From the NCBI GenBank assembly GCA_041688625.1, contig JBDNHW010000067.1:7532-71531 (forward strand): DNA of 64,000 nt, written 5' to 3'. The DNA is from Pseudoxanthomonas sp. Its GTDB lineage: Bacteria; Pseudomonadota; Gammaproteobacteria; Xanthomonadales; Xanthomonadaceae. Numbering within the stretch: position 1 is the stretch's first letter; every line of letters begins with the position of its first letter. The position numbers were made by a program, and so were the translations under genes. The notes beneath the pieces were generated by a model. It was not told the DNA's origin and did no database searches. It worked only from the letters and a program-made list of their open reading frames with translations. Below, piece after piece: positions 41,221-56,492 of this stretch.

Positions 41221-41769
41221 ATGGGTCTGGACCACGTGACCACCGGCAAGAACCCGCCGCATGAGATCAACGTCATCATCGAGATTCCGAAGGATTCGGA
41301 GCCGGTGAAGTACGAAGTGGACAAGGACAGCGGCGCGATCTTCGTCGACCGCATCCTCTCCACGCCCATGCGCTATCCCTGCAACTACGGCTACGTGCCA
41401 CACACGCTGTGCGGCGATGGCGACCCGGCCGACGTGCTGGTGGTGCTGCCGCTGTCGCTGATCCCCGGCTCGGTGATCCGCTGCCGCCCGGTCGGCGTGC
41501 TGCGCATGAGCGACGAGGCCGGCAGCGACGAGAAGATCCTGGCGGTGCCCGCGACCACGGTCTTCAGCGGCTATGCGCACATCGAGGACATCGGCCAGGT
41601 CTCGCCGCACTGGCTCGAGCGCATCGGCCACTTCTTCGAGCACTACAAGGACCTGGAGAAGGGCAAGTGGGTCAAGCTGGACGGCTGGGGCGACGCGGCC
41701 GAAGCACGCAACATCCTCAGCGAGTCGATGAATCGCTACGAGTCGACCACGGACAAACCCAAGTTCTGA
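41221..41769 (+). CDS. ppa: Soluble inorganic pyrophosphatase, family I
   Basis: IEIP, KYEVDK, YPCNYG, DGDPADVLV, DEAGSDEK, HFFEHYKDLE. Confidence 0.97.
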   Translation: MGLDHVTTGKNPPHEINVIIEIPKDSEPVKYEVDKDSGAIFVDRILSTPMRYPCNYGYVPHTLCGDGDPADVLVVLPLSLIPGSVIRCRPVGVLRMSDEAGSDEKILAVPATTVFSGYAHIEDIGQVSPHWLERIGHFFEHYKDLEKGKWVKLDGWGDAAEARNILSESMNRYESTTDKPKF

Positions 41770-41899
41770 GCGACGGCGCACCGTGCCCGGCGCGCCCCGG
41801 TTCGCGCCGCATGCTCAGAGGCCTGCGGCCGCGGCCGCTCTTTCCACGGTCGCCTGCATCTTCGCAAGGCGCGGCTCGATTTCCGCCGCATGGTGTCGC

Positions 41900-42530
41900 C
41901 ACTCCTGTCGATGCCGCGCGCGAGGAGGTCGGCACGCGTGCACTCCAGCAGGTCCCGATACCGCGGCCAGCCATCGCCGACATCGCCGTAGCGGGACCAC
42001 AGTCCCTGCCAGCGTCGACTGAAAAGCAGCAGGGCCTGCTGTATCGCCGCCAGGTTGCCAGCCGGCAGCGCGTCGCTCAGCAGGAACACGATGTGCTCGC
42101 GCACCTCCCATGGCGTCATGACCGTGGGCAGGTTGAACGACTCCAGATCGAGCGCGGGACGAGCCGACCCATCCGGTGGCACCAGACGCGGCTGCCAACT
42201 CCTCGGCGCAGGTCCTGGCGTGCGCCCGCCGCCGACCAGGTCCCAGAAGCCTTGGCCTCCGACGGTGTCGGCAACCAGGTGGATGCGCTCGTCACTGCCT
42301 TCATTGAGCACCCGATGCATGCGCCAGGTATCGAACAGCCAACACTCGCCTTCGGCCATGTGCGTTTCCGCATCACCGCACTGGAATCGCACCGACGGCG
42401 TCGTGGTGATCGGCACGTGCACGCGCATGCGTTCGCGCCAGTAATAGTTGAGGTCCACGTGCGGCGCGACCTCGGCCTGCCCCGACAAGCGCATCAGCCG
42501 GGAGCGGCCCCAGGTGGCGCCCAGCGCGCT
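41900..42530 (-). pseudogene. Internal fragment of an aspartyl/asparaginyl beta-hydroxylase-domain (2OG-Fe(II)) protein
   Basis: LGATWGRSRLMRL...PHVD...RVHVPI...WLFDTWRMHRV.N...RIHLVAD. Sequence on either side is not homologue-like. Ends approximate. Confidence 0.75.
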
Positions 42531-42939
42531 CGTCGCGCGCCCTGCCGGCGGCACGGGACAAGTGCGGGCATCGGGTCGGCGGGAGTAAAGGCATCGCATC
42601 GCCTGCCGCCGGCAGGAAAACGCAGAGGCGCGATCGCCCACGGGGCAGGCGCCGCCACGATCGCGGCCGGCGGAGTGGCCGGCCCGGCTCCGACTTGCGC
42701 CGACCCTTCGCGCGAGCGCGAGGCAACGCGCCTTGGCTCGCACTACCTTGATCCTCACGAATGGAGACGAGCACGACCGCGTCCGATTCCACGGGAGATG
42801 TGAGGCCGTGGACATGAGCGCGAGCGCCTGGACCAGCAGCGATGGCACGACCCGTCAGCCGTTGCGTCCCGGGGTCACGGCATGGTCACGAGGCTTCCGA
42901 GCGGGGCCGCGCAAGCCTGCTGCCCCTGAGTTGCCTGGC

Positions 42940-44886
<1,947 letters not shown>

Positions 44887-44908
44887 TCACCGGGATCGGG
44901 CGTCCTGC

Positions 44909-44994
44909 GAAGCTTCCCTACGCCGGTCTCAACCGGATCAGGTTCGAAGGGTCTGTCTCAATCGCCGGCGCATGGCTGGCGATACCCCCGCTTC
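44909..44994 (-). promoter_or_regulatory. TPP riboswitch
   Basis: Minus strand GGGGGT...TTGAGA...ACCCTTCGAACCTGATCCGGTTGAGACCGGCGTAGGGAAG upstream of thiC. Confidence 0.93.
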
Positions 44995-45163
44995 GCCGCC
45001 AATTACACCACAGCGCCCCGATCGCCGCGAAAAATCAGGCTCCGCACGCGCAGTCGACGCCTCTCGGCCTGCCTTTCGAACATGCGAGTTATTGGTTGCA
45101 GGTGCAACCGTGCTGCAGCGGCGCGGGTTGGCCCGTCCTCCGTAAGAAAATCGCGAAAGTGGG

Positions 45164-45193
45164 TTGACAGCCCCGAAACCGGCGTGTTTACCT
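45164..45193 (+). promoter_or_regulatory. Putative sigma70 promoter of the ilv-leu operon
   Basis: TTGACA (45164-45169) with a TTACCT-like -10 about 18 bp downstream. Confidence 0.55.
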
Positions 45194-45200
45194 CGATCCC

Positions 45201-45320
45201 ATGTTGCACCGCCGCACATCGCTGAGCCCTCTGACCCCTGCGCCAACCGCCGCGGGCGCCTCGCTCCTCGTACTCGTACTTATTACCTCACCCACAGGTG
45301 CGGGACGAATCGGCGCGTAG
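45201..45320 (+). CDS. ilv-leu attenuator leader peptide (39 aa)
   Basis: [39 protein letters not shown], with an LLVLVLI run followed by a terminator. Confidence 0.85.
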   Translation: MLHRRTSLSPLTPAPTAAGASLLVLVLITSPTGAGRIGA

Positions 45321-45343
45321 CAGGAAAACAACAGCCCCTTTCG

Positions 45344-45375
45344 AAAACCCCGCACTGCGAAGTGCGGGGTTTTTT
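45344..45375 (+). terminator. Attenuator terminator
   Basis: AAAACCCCGCACT-GCGA-AGTGCGGGGTTTTTT. GTGCGGG at 45298-45304 can pair with CCCGCAC as an antiterminator. Confidence 0.9.
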
Positions 45376-45417
45376 ATTTTCCACCCTCCCGAAACTGCAT
45401 CCACATCGGAATCTTCC

Positions 45418-47154
45418 TTGACCAAGCCTCCCACCAGCACCGGCCGCAACAGCGACGCGATCAAGTCCGGCGCGGCGCACGCTCCGGCCCGGGCCATGCT
45501 CCGCGCCACCGGGCTGGACGACGAGGCCATCGCCCGGCCGATGATCGCGGTGGTGCACACGTGGTCGAACGTGTCGCCGTGCAACCTGGGCCTGCGCGAG
45601 CTGGCCGAACATGTCAGCGCCGGCGTGCGCGCGGCCGGCGGCACGCCGTTCGAGTTCAACACGATTGCCATTACCGACGGCATCGCCATGGGCAGCAGCG
45701 GCATGCGCGCCTCGCTGGCCTCGCGCGAGGTGATCGCCGATTCGATCGAGCTCGCCGTCAGCGGGCACTGCCTGGACGGCGTGGTGCTGCTTTGCGGCTG
45801 CGACAAGACCATCCCGGCCGCGGCGATGGCCCTGGCGCGGCTCAACGTGCCCGGCGTGATCCTCTACGGCGGCACCATCATGCCGGGCCAGTGCAAGGGC
45901 AAGGCCGTCACCATCCAGGACGTATTCGAGGCGGTGGGTGCCCATTCGGCCGGGAGCATCGACGACGCGGCGCTAGCCGAAGTCGAGCGCGCCGCGTGCC
46001 CCGGCGCCGGCGCCTGCGGCGGCCAGTTCACCGCCAACACCATGGCCATGGTGCTGACGTTCCTGGGCGTATCGCCGCTGGGACTCAACGACATACCGGC
46101 CACCCATCCCGACAAGAACGCCGCCGCCTTTCGCTGTGGCGAACTGGTGATGCAGCGGCTGCAGGAAGGCGGGCCGCTGCCGCGCGAACTCATCACCATC
46201 CACGCGTTGCGCAACGCGGCGCATGCGGTGTCGGCCACCGCGGGTTCGACCAACGCCGCGATGCACCTGCTGGCCATCGCCCATGAGGCCGGCGTGGCGT
46301 TCGATCTGGAAGAATTCCAGGCGGCCTCCTCGACACCAGTGATCGCCGACCTGAAGCCCGGCGGCCGCTACACCGCCGCAGAGATGTATGCGCAGGGCGG
46401 CACCGCCCTGGTCGCGCGCGAACTCATGGCGGGCGGCGTGATAGGCGACATTCCCACCATCACCGGCCGCAGCTTCTTCGCCGAGGTCGACGCGGTGCCC
46501 ACACCGTCGTCCCAGGACGTGGTGCGTCCCATCGGCAACCCGATCAAGCCGCAGGGCGGCTATTCGATCCTGTACGGCAACCTCTCACCGGAAGGCTGCA
46601 TCCTCAAGCTGGCAGGACACGGGCGCAGTCATTTCAGCGGTCCGGCGCGCGTGTTCGATTCGGAGGAGGCTTGCTTCGCCGCGGTGCAGGCGCGCCGCAT
46701 CGAGGCCGGCGACGTGGTGGTGATCCGCTTCGAAGGCCCGGTCGGCGGACCCGGCATGCGCGAGATGCTCGCGGTGACCGCCGCACTGGTCGGCCAGGGG
46801 CTGGGCGACGACGTGGCGCTGGTGACCGACGGCCGCTTCTCCGGCGCCACCCGCGGCTTCATGGTGGGACACGTGTCGCCCGAAGCCGCACTGGACGGCC
46901 CGCTCTCGCGCCTGCGCGAGGGCGACACCATCACCATCGACACCACGACACGCACGCTCTCCACCGGGGCCGACCTCTCCGCGCGCAAGCCGCTGCGAAT
47001 GGCGCCGCGCGTCACCACCGGCGCGCTGGCCAAATACGCGCGCAGCGTCGGATCCGCATCGAAGGGCGCGGTCACCGCGCCCGGGCCGCTCGACAACCAC
47101 ACCATCTCCTCGGTCACCACGACCGGCGCCTTCGCCGATCCGATCATCGTCTGA
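45418..47154 (+). CDS. ilvD: Dihydroxy-acid dehydratase
   Basis: [53 protein letters not shown] start inferred. Confidence 0.95.
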   Translation: MTKPPTSTGRNSDAIKSGAAHAPARAMLRATGLDDEAIARPMIAVVHTWSNVSPCNLGLRELAEHVSAGVRAAGGTPFEFNTIAITDGIAMGSSGMRASLASREVIADSIELAVSGHCLDGVVLLCGCDKTIPAAAMALARLNVPGVILYGGTIMPGQCKGKAVTIQDVFEAVGAHSAGSIDDAALAEVERAACPGAGACGGQFTANTMAMVLTFLGVSPLGLNDIPATHPDKNAAAFRCGELVMQRLQEGGPLPRELITIHALRNAAHAVSATAGSTNAAMHLLAIAHEAGVAFDLEEFQAASSTPVIADLKPGGRYTAAEMYAQGGTALVARELMAGGVIGDIPTITGRSFFAEVDAVPTPSSQDVVRPIGNPIKPQGGYSILYGNLSPEGCILKLAGHGRSHFSGPARVFDSEEACFAAVQARRIEAGDVVVIRFEGPVGGPGMREMLAVTAALVGQGLGDDVALVTDGRFSGATRGFMVGHVSPEAALDGPLSRLREGDTITIDTTTRTLSTGADLSARKPLRMAPRVTTGALAKYARSVGSASKGAVTAPGPLDNHTISSVTTTGAFADPIIV

Positions 47155-47190
47155 ATCCCTTTCCCTCGCCTCGAAACTCCAGGAATTGCC

Positions 47191-48225
47191 ATGAGCTCCA
47201 GCAGCCAGAACCAACCCCGCATCGCTACCATCGGCTACGGCAGCCAGGGCCGCGCGCACGCGCTGAACCTGCGCGACTCAGGCTTCGAGGTCACGGTGGG
47301 ACTGCGCCCGGGCGGTCCCACTGAAATCAAGGCCAGGGCCGACGGTTTCATCGTGAAAACACCGGCCGAGGCCGCGAGCGGCGCCGACCTGGTCGCGGTG
47401 CTGACCCCCGACATGGTGCAGAAGCAGCTCTACAACGAAGTGCTGCACGAGGCGCTGAGGCCCGGCGCGTGCCTGCTGTTCGCGCACGGCCTGAACGTGC
47501 ATTTCGACCTGATCCAGCCGCGTACCGACATCGACGTGGTCCTGGTCGCGCCAAAAGGACCGGGCGCGCTGGTGCGCCGCGAATACGAGATCGGGCGCGG
47601 CGTGCCGTGCATCTACGCCGTGCACCAGGACGTCAGCGGCAACGCCGAAGCGCTGGCCCTGGCCTACGCCGCAGGTCTGGGCGGCGCGCGCGCGAATGTC
47701 ATCAAGACCACGTTCAAGGAAGAAACCGAAACCGACCTGTTCGGCGAGCAGGCAGTACTGTGCGGCGGCGCCAGCGCGCTGGTGCAGGCTGGCTTCGAGA
47801 CCCTGGTCGAAGCGGGCTACCAGCCGGAAATCGCCTACTACGAAGTGCTGCACGAGCTGAAGCTGATCGTGGATTTGTTCTACGAAGGCGGCATCACCCG
47901 CATGCTGGAGTTCGTGTCCGAAACCGCGCAGTACGGCGACTACGTCAGCGGGCCGCGGGTGATCGATGCCGGCACCAAGGCGCGCATGAAGGACATCCTG
48001 ACCGACATCCAGGACGGCACCTTCACCAGGAACTGGGTGGCCGAATACGAAGCGGGGCTGCCCAACTACACGCGGATGAAACAGGCTGACCTGGACCACC
48101 CGATCGAAGTGGTGGGCAGGGAGCTGCGCGCGAAGATGGTGTGGCTGCAGGGCGAGACCACCCCGCCCGCTGCCGATGCCAGGACTGACGCCGCACGCAG
48201 CAGGGCGGAGGCCGCCACCGCATGA
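47191..48225 (+). CDS. ilvC: Ketol-acid reductoisomerase
   Basis: [45 protein letters not shown]. Confidence 0.96.
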   Translation: MSSSSQNQPRIATIGYGSQGRAHALNLRDSGFEVTVGLRPGGPTEIKARADGFIVKTPAEAASGADLVAVLTPDMVQKQLYNEVLHEALRPGACLLFAHGLNVHFDLIQPRTDIDVVLVAPKGPGALVRREYEIGRGVPCIYAVHQDVSGNAEALALAYAAGLGGARANVIKTTFKEETETDLFGEQAVLCGGASALVQAGFETLVEAGYQPEIAYYEVLHELKLIVDLFYEGGITRMLEFVSETAQYGDYVSGPRVIDAGTKARMKDILTDIQDGTFTRNWVAEYEAGLPNYTRMKQADLDHPIEVVGRELRAKMVWLQGETTPPAADARTDAARSRAEAATA

Positions 48226-49973
48226 ACACGATCGCGGCCAAGGCCAGCCCCTGCAACGGCGCACGCTGGCTGACCCAGGCACTGGAAACCGAAGGCGTGG
48301 ACGTGCTGTTCGGCTATCCCGGCGGCACCATCATGCCGTTCTACGACGCGCTGGTGGACTCGAAGCTCAAGCACATCCTGGTGCGCCACGAGCAGGGCGC
48401 CGCACTGGCGGCCAACGGCTATGCGCGGGCCAGCGGCCGCGTCGGCGTGTGCGTGGCGACGTCCGGACCGGGCGCCTCCAACCTGGTCACGGGCATCGCC
48501 GATGCGATGCTCGATTCGGTGCCGATGATCTGCATCACCGGCCAGGTCGCCACACACCTGATGGGCACCGACGCGTTCCAGGAGCTGGACGTGTTCGGGC
48601 TGACCCTGCCCATCGTCAAGCACAGCTACATCCTGCGCAGCGTCGATGACCTACCGCGGATCGTGCGGGATGCCTTCCGCATCGCCCGCGAAGGCCGTCC
48701 CGGACCGGTGCTGATCGATCTGCCGAAAGACGTGCAAATGGCCGATGCCGCGCATCTGCCGGCGCACGTGCCGGCCAGCGTCGATCCGGTTCCGTCTCCG
48801 TCGCAGGCCGCGCTGGGCGAAGCCATCGCGGCGATCGCCGCGGCGGAAAAGCCGGTGATCTACGGAGGCGGCGGCATCGGGCTTGCCGATGCGGTCGATG
48901 CGTTCCGCACGTTTGTCGATGCGACCCGCATCCCCACCGTGCTGACCCTGCGCGGCCTCGGCGCGCTGCCCGGCGGCCACCCGCACTACCTCGGCATGCT
49001 GGGCATGCATGGCACCCGCGCGGCGAACATGGCGGTGCAGGAGTCGGACCTGCTGATCGTGGTGGGCGCGCGCTTCGATGACCGCGCCACCGGCAAGCTG
49101 GCCGAGTTCGCGCCATTCGCACGCGTGATCCACCTGGATGCGGATGCCTACGAGATCTCCAAGCTGCGCACGGCCAACATCGCCCTGCCCGGCGACGTCG
49201 GCGACGGCCTGCGCGCGCTTACCGGTGCACGCAGCAGCTGCGACCCCTGGCGCGAGCGCTGCCGGACACTCCACGACACGTTCGGTTTCCGATACGACGC
49301 GCCTGGCACCGACATCTACGCCCCCGCGCTGCTCAAGCGCATGACCGAACTGGCGCCGGACGATGCCATCGTCGCCTGCGATGTCGGCCAGCACCAGATG
49401 TGGGTCGCGCAGCACTGCCGTTTCACTCATCCACGCAATCATTTGACCAGCGGTGCACTGGGCACGATGGGCTTCGGCCTGCCGGCGGCGATGGGCGCGC
49501 AGTTCGCGTGTCCCGAACGCACCGTGCTGCTGGTCAGCGGCGACGGCAGTTTCATGATGAACGTGCAGGAGCTGGTGACCATCGCCCGTTGCCAGCTGCC
49601 GGTGAAGATCGTGCTGCTGGACAACAGTTCGCTGGGCATGGTGCGGCAGTGGCAGGAACTGTTCTTCGCCGAGCGTTACAGCGAGATCGACCTGTCCGAC
49701 AACCCGGACTTCGCCGCGCTGGCCCAGGTGTTCGGCATCCCGGCGCGGCGCATCGACCTGCGCAGCGAAGTGGAAGGCGCGCTGGCCGAGCTGCTGGCCC
49801 AGCCCGGCCCGGCGCTGCTGCACGTGGCGATCGACATCAAGGCCAACGTGTGGCCGCTGGTGCCGCCCAACACCGCCAACAGCACCATGCTCGAGCGCAA
49901 TCCAGCCGACGCCGAAGAGCCGCCGCGCGCGCCTGCACCGCGGCCGGAGCCTGCGCATGCGCTACCGGCTTGA
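48222..49973 (+). CDS. ilvG: Acetolactate synthase catalytic subunit
   Basis: [40 protein letters not shown]. Confidence 0.9.
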   Translation: MNTIAAKASPCNGARWLTQALETEGVDVLFGYPGGTIMPFYDALVDSKLKHILVRHEQGAALAANGYARASGRVGVCVATSGPGASNLVTGIADAMLDSVPMICITGQVATHLMGTDAFQELDVFGLTLPIVKHSYILRSVDDLPRIVRDAFRIAREGRPGPVLIDLPKDVQMADAAHLPAHVPASVDPVPSPSQAALGEAIAAIAAAEKPVIYGGGGIGLADAVDAFRTFVDATRIPTVLTLRGLGALPGGHPHYLGMLGMHGTRAANMAVQESDLLIVVGARFDDRATGKLAEFAPFARVIHLDADAYEISKLRTANIALPGDVGDGLRALTGARSSCDPWRERCRTLHDTFGFRYDAPGTDIYAPALLKRMTELAPDDAIVACDVGQHQMWVAQHCRFTHPRNHLTSGALGTMGFGLPAAMGAQFACPERTVLLVSGDGSFMMNVQELVTIARCQLPVKIVLLDNSSLGMVRQWQELFFAERYSEIDLSDNPDFAALAQVFGIPARRIDLRSEVEGALAELLAQPGPALLHVAIDIKANVWPLVPPNTANSTMLERNPADAEEPPRAPAPRPEPAHALPA

Positions 49974-50214
49974 CCTGGTGCTGAGCCCGAGCGAAGGCGC
50001 GCTGACGCGCGTGATCGGCATGGCCGAGCGGCGTGGCTTCACGCCGCGCTCGATCAGCGGCCATCCGGACGGCGCAGACGGGCACTGGCGCCTGCAGCTG
50101 GAGGTCGAGGGCGCCCGTCCGGCCGAGCCGCTGCGCCTGCAGATGCTGAAGCTGTACGACTGCGTGTCGGTGGAAATCGCGGCGCTGGACGCCGCGGCGG
50201 AGGTGGCTGCGTGA
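49957..50214 (+). CDS. ilvM: ACT-domain acetolactate synthase small subunit
   Basis: EGALTRVIGMAERRGF, LQMLKLYDC; overlaps the large-subunit 3' end. Confidence 0.85.
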   Translation: MRYRLDLVLSPSEGALTRVIGMAERRGFTPRSISGHPDGADGHWRLQLEVEGARPAEPLRLQMLKLYDCVSVEIAALDAAAEVAA

Positions 50215-50225
50215 AGGTTGAACAC

Positions 50226-50361
50226 GGGAGCCGGGAACAGGGAACGGGGAATGCGGGTTTCCGCTGTGCCGTCGGCAATCGCACGTCTCACGCTTTCCGG
50301 AGGCGTCTTCTTCCGCGGATCGATGCGCACTTTCATTCCCTGTTCCCTGTTCCCTGTTCCC
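50226..50361. repeat. Heptamer-armed inverted-repeat element, copy 2
   Basis: GGGAACAGGGAACGGGGAATG ... CATTCCC(TGTTCCC)x3 between ilvM and ilvA. Confidence 0.8.
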
Positions 50362-50370
50362 AGCCCAGCC

Positions 50371-51509
50371 GTGCCTGACTCACCCGCCCGCGAAGAACCG
50401 GACGTAACCGTCACCGTCGCCGACGTACTCGCGGCCCAGGCGCGGCTGCGGCCGTACCTGCCGCCCACGCCACTGCACTACGCCGAGCGCTTCGGGGTGT
50501 GGCTGAAGCTGGAAAACCTGCAGCGCACCGGCTCGTACAAGGTGCGCGGCGCGCTCAATGCGATGCTGGCCGCGCGCGAACGCGGCGACGGACGACCGGT
50601 GATCGCCGCCTCGGCGGGCAACCATGCGCAGGGCCTGGCCTGGGCGGCGTACCGGCTGGGCGTGCAGGCGATCACGGTGATGCCGCACGGCGCGCCCGCC
50701 AACAAGATCGCCGGCGTGGCGCACTGGGGCGCCACCGTGCGCCAGCACGGCGACAGCTATGACGAGGCCTACGCCTTTGCGCGCGAGCTGGCCGCTCAGA
50801 ACGATTACCGCTTCCTGTCCGCGTTCGACGACGTGGACGTCATTGCCGGACAAGGCACGGTGGGCATGGAGATCGCTCCGCACGTGCCGGACGTGGTGAT
50901 CGTGCCGATCGGCGGCGGCGGCCTCGCCTCGGGCGTGGCGCTGGCGCTGAAATCCCAGGGCGTGCGCATCGTCGGCGCGCAGGTCGAGGGCGTGGATTCG
51001 ATGGCGCGTGCGCTGAAGGGCGACATTCGCCTGATCGCACCGCAGGCGAGCCTCGCCGACGGCGTACGCGTCAAGGTACCTGGCTTCATCACCCGGCGCC
51101 TGTGCGCCAGCCTGCTGGACGACGTGGTGATCGTGCGCGAAGCCGAGCTGCGCGAGACCCTGGTGCGCCTGGCGCTGGAGGAAAACATCATTGCCGAGGG
51201 CGCAGGCGCGCTGGCGCTTGCCGCGGGGCGCCGGGTTGCCGGCAAGCGCAAATGCGCGGTGGTGTCGGGCGGCAACATCGACGCGGCGGTGCTCGCGCGC
51301 CTGCTGTCGGATGTGCGCCCACGCGCGCCGCGCAAGCCGCGCCGCAGGACCAGCCCCCTGCATCCTCTCGAACCGGCTGACATCCCGGCTGACATCCCGG
51401 CTGCCGATCCGGTCGCCATGGCGGCGCCCAAGCCCACGAACTACATCCAGATCGTTCCCGCCAAGGTGCGCTGCATCCGCCTTCGCGTTGCAGAAGAGGA
51501 GTACAGCGT

Positions 51510-51513
<4 letters not shown>
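50371..51513 (+). CDS. ilvA: Threonine ammonia-lyase without ACT regulatory domain
   Basis: [50 protein letters not shown] start at 50371 inferred. Confidence 0.85.
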
Positions 51514-53081
<1,568 letters not shown>

Positions 53082-53145
53082 TGGCTCCCGGCGCGGCTGG
53101 TTCTGGATGCCCTCGTGGCTTCGCACGCGATGATTATTTTTCGGG

Positions 53146-53172
53146 CGTGATCCCGGCGGACGCCGGGACCCG
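53146..53172 (+). repeat. Single CGTC-type REP-like palindrome
   Basis: CGTGATCCCGGC-GGAC-GCCGGGACCCG in the leuA-leuC gap. Confidence 0.5.
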
Positions 53173-53299
53173 ACACGGTGCCCCGGCAATCCAGACCAGA
53201 GCCGGGAACATCGATTCCTGGCCGACTGGTCCGGACACTTGCCGCTGCGAAGGCCCTGGTTTCTTGCCTGAACGATTCAACCAACGACACGGATAGACG

Positions 53300-54739
53300 A
53301 TGCCCTTGAATGCTCCCCGCACGCTCTTCGACAAACTCTGGGACGCGCATGTCGTGGTTGCCGAAACCGCAACTGCACCGGCCGTGCTGTATGTCGACCT
53401 GCACCTGATCCATGAGGTCACCTCACCGCAGGCGTTCACCGAGCTGCGCGATCGCGGTCTTGCACCGCGCGCACCGCAGCGGACCAAGGCTACGATGGAC
53501 CATTCCACTCCGACCACGCCGGCCGACGTGGACGGCAAGCTGCACTACTACACCCCCGCCTCCGAGGCACAGGTGAACCTGCTGGCCCGTAACTGCGCCG
53601 AGCACGGGATCGAGCTGTTCGACATGCAGTCCGCTGATCGCGGCATCGTCCATGTGATCGCACCGGAGCTGGGGCTGACCCAACCCGGCATGACGATTGT
53701 TTGCGGCGACAGCCACACGGCCACCCATGGCGCGTTTGGCGCGCTGGCGTTCGGCATCGGCACCAGCGAGGTGGGCCACGTGCTGGCCACCCAGTGCCTG
53801 CTGCAGCGGAAAGCGAAAACATTGTCCATCACCGTCGATGGGCCGCTGACGCCCGGCGTGGGCGCCAAGGATGTGATCCTGCACATCATCGGCGTGATCG
53901 GGGTCAACGGCGGGACCGGCCACGTCATCGAGTATCGCGGTTCGACCATCCGCGCGATGGACATGGAACAGCGCATGACCCTGTGCAACATGTCGATCGA
54001 AGCCGGTGCGCGCGCCGGCATGATCGCGCCGGATGCAGTCACCTATGCATGGCTGCAGAACACGCCGCGGGCACCGCAAGGCGCCGCATTCGAGAAAGCG
54101 AAGGCGGGCTGGTCGCACTTCAGCAGCGACCCGGGCGCGCACTTCGACCAGGACGTCATCATCGATGCGCGCGGCATCCATCCCAACCTGACCTGGGGCA
54201 CGCATCCGGGAACCGCGATCGCGGTGGACCGGGCGATACCCGCAGCCAACGATGCGGCGGCACGCAAGTCGCTCGACTACATGCAGTTCGAACCCGGCCA
54301 TTCGCTGGCGGGGACGCCAGTGGACGTGGTCTTCGTGGGCTCGTGCACCAATGGCCGCCTCAGCGACATGCGCGAAGTGGCGAGCGTCCTGCGCGACCGC
54401 CACGTCGATGCGCGGGTGCGCATGCTGGTGGTGCCGGGTTCGGAACTGGTCAAGCGCCAGGCCGAAGCCGAAGGCATCGACTCGATCGTCCGTGCCGCCG
54501 GCGCCGAATGGCGCGAGCCGGGCTGCTCGATGTGCATCGCCATGAACGGTGATCTCGTTGCGCCGGGGCAACTGGCCGTGAGCACCAGCAACCGCAACTT
54601 CGAAGGCCGTCAGGGCCCCGGTTCGCGCACCCTGCTGGCCTCGCCGATGACTGCGGCATGGGCGGCGGTGAACGGCTGCGTGGCCGATCCACGGGAGCTG
54701 TTCGCAGCGAGTGCGCCGGCGCATGAGGAGGTGGCGTGA
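53300..54739 (+). CDS. leuC: 3-isopropylmalate dehydratase large subunit
   Basis: [47 protein letters not shown]. Confidence 0.97.
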   Translation: MPLNAPRTLFDKLWDAHVVVAETATAPAVLYVDLHLIHEVTSPQAFTELRDRGLAPRAPQRTKATMDHSTPTTPADVDGKLHYYTPASEAQVNLLARNCAEHGIELFDMQSADRGIVHVIAPELGLTQPGMTIVCGDSHTATHGAFGALAFGIGTSEVGHVLATQCLLQRKAKTLSITVDGPLTPGVGAKDVILHIIGVIGVNGGTGHVIEYRGSTIRAMDMEQRMTLCNMSIEAGARAGMIAPDAVTYAWLQNTPRAPQGAAFEKAKAGWSHFSSDPGAHFDQDVIIDARGIHPNLTWGTHPGTAIAVDRAIPAANDAAARKSLDYMQFEPGHSLAGTPVDVVFVGSCTNGRLSDMREVASVLRDRHVDARVRMLVVPGSELVKRQAEAEGIDSIVRAAGAEWREPGCSMCIAMNGDLVAPGQLAVSTSNRNFEGRQGPGSRTLLASPMTAAWAAVNGCVADPRELFAASAPAHEEVA

Positions 54740-55392
54740 TGCAGGCGTTTGATTCCCTTCTGCCTCCGGGAGAAGGGAAGCACCGGCGCCTCTGCCTTGG
54801 AAGCAGCCCCATGACCCCGTTCCCCGCCCTCACCTCGCGCAGCGTGGTCCTGCCTCAGGCCAACATCGACACCGACCAGATCATTCCTGCGCGGTTCCTC
54901 TCGACCACCGAACGTGCGGGCCTTGGCAAGCACGCGTTCAACGACTGGCGCTGGCAGGCCGATGGTTCGCCACATCCGGGTTTCGCTTTCAACCAGCCAC
55001 AAAATGCCGGCCGCCAGATCCTCCTTGCAGGTCCCAACTTCGGCTGCGGATCCTCGCGTGAGCATGCGCCGTGGGCGCTGGTGGACCTTGGCCTGCGCGC
55101 CATCGTCAGCGGCCAGATCGCCGACATCTTCCGCAGCAACGCGCTGAAGAACGGGCTGCTGCCGATCGTGCTGGACGACGCGATCGTCCAGGCCCTGATG
55201 CAGCGGCCCGATGACCCGCTCATCGTGGACATCGTGTCCTGCGAACTGCGCACGCCCGACGGCACGTCCCATGGCTTTCCACTGGACGCCTTCGCGCGCA
55301 CCTGCCTGATCGAGGGCGTGGACGAGCTGGGCTACCTGCTGCAGCACCAATCCCACATCGAGCACTACGAGGAGCGAACCCATGCACGCTGA
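54736..55392 (+). CDS. leuD: 3-isopropylmalate dehydratase small subunit (conserved part starts at 54811)
   Basis: [42 protein letters not shown]. Confidence 0.94.
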   Translation: MMQAFDSLLPPGEGKHRRLCLGSSPMTPFPALTSRSVVLPQANIDTDQIIPARFLSTTERAGLGKHAFNDWRWQADGSPHPGFAFNQPQNAGRQILLAGPNFGCGSSREHAPWALVDLGLRAIVSGQIADIFRSNALKNGLLPIVLDDAIVQALMQRPDDPLIVDIVSCELRTPDGTSHGFPLDAFARTCLIEGVDELGYLLQHQSHIEHYEERTHAR

Positions 55393-56470
55393 AATTGCTG
55401 TCCTGCCCGGTGACGGGATTGGCCCTGAAGTGACCGCCGCCGCCGTCAACGTCCTGCGCACCGTCGCGCGCCGCTACGGCCACCGCTTCGAATTCTGCGA
55501 ATACGATATCGGCGGCATCGCCATCGACCGCACCGGTGAGCCACTGCCGGCAGCCACCCTCAGCGCGTGCCGCAGCGCCGACGCAGTGCTGCTCGGCGCC
55601 GTGGGCGGACCCAAGTGGTCGGATCCTGGCGCCGCGGTGCGGCCCGAACAGGGACTGCTGTCACTGCGAAAGGGCCTGGGCCTGTTCGCCAACCTGCGCC
55701 CGGTGCGTCCGCACCCTGCCGCCCTGCACGCCTCACCGATCAAGCCGCACCTGCTCACCGGCGTGGACATCATGGTGGTGCGCGAGCTCACCGGCGGAAT
55801 CTACTTCGGCGACAAGAGCCGCAGCGCTGACAGTGCCAGCGACACCTGCACCTACAGCATGGGCGAGATCGAGCGCGTGGCGCGCTCTGCGTTCCTGCTT
55901 GCACGGCGCCGCCGTGGCTTCCTGGTGTCGGTGGACAAGGCCAACGTGCTGGAGACATCGCGGCTGTGGCGCGAGGTGGTGACGCGCATGGGTCGCGAGG
56001 AATTCGCCGACATCCGCCTGGAGCACGTGCTGGTCGACGCCATGGCGATGCACCTGCTGGCGCATCCGCGCGAATACGACGTCATCGTGACCGAGAACAT
56101 GTTCGGCGACATCCTCACCGACGAGGCGTCGATGCTCGCCGGCTCGCTGGGCCTGCTGCCCTCGGCATCGCTGGGCGACGCCAAGATTGGCGTGTACGAG
56201 CCGATCCACGGCTCGGCCCCGGACATCGCAGGCAAGGGCGTGGCCAATCCCTACGCGGCGATCCTCAGCGCGGCGATGCTGCTGCGGCACTCGCTGGGGT
56301 TGTTCGAGGAAGCCGATTGCATCGAGCGCGCGGTCGACGGCGCGCTCAACGCGCATGCCTTCACCGCGGACCTCGCCACCGGCGGACGCAGCCTGTCCAC
56401 CGAGGCCGCCACCAAGGCCGTGGTCGAGCAGATGCAGGCCAGCTGCTACGTGGCCGAGCTGCGCGACTGA
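55382..56470 (+). CDS. leuB: 3-isopropylmalate dehydrogenase
   Basis: [49 protein letters not shown]. Confidence 0.97.
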   Translation: MHAEIAVLPGDGIGPEVTAAAVNVLRTVARRYGHRFEFCEYDIGGIAIDRTGEPLPAATLSACRSADAVLLGAVGGPKWSDPGAAVRPEQGLLSLRKGLGLFANLRPVRPHPAALHASPIKPHLLTGVDIMVVRELTGGIYFGDKSRSADSASDTCTYSMGEIERVARSAFLLARRRRGFLVSVDKANVLETSRLWREVVTRMGREEFADIRLEHVLVDAMAMHLLAHPREYDVIVTENMFGDILTDEASMLAGSLGLLPSASLGDAKIGVYEPIHGSAPDIAGKGVANPYAAILSAAMLLRHSLGLFEEADCIERAVDGALNAHAFTADLATGGRSLSTEAATKAVVEQMQASCYVAELRD

Positions 56471-56492
56471 GCGCAGGCGCACCGGTCGGACG

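Noticed and set aside
50218-50370. N-terminal extension of ilvA
   Set aside because: It is a translation of the heptamer inverted-repeat element.
51373-51403. 12-bp tandem repeat CCGGCTGACATC (2.6 copies) as a contingency locus
   Set aside because: It is in frame, low copy and in the low-complexity tail of IlvA, so slippage would not switch expression.
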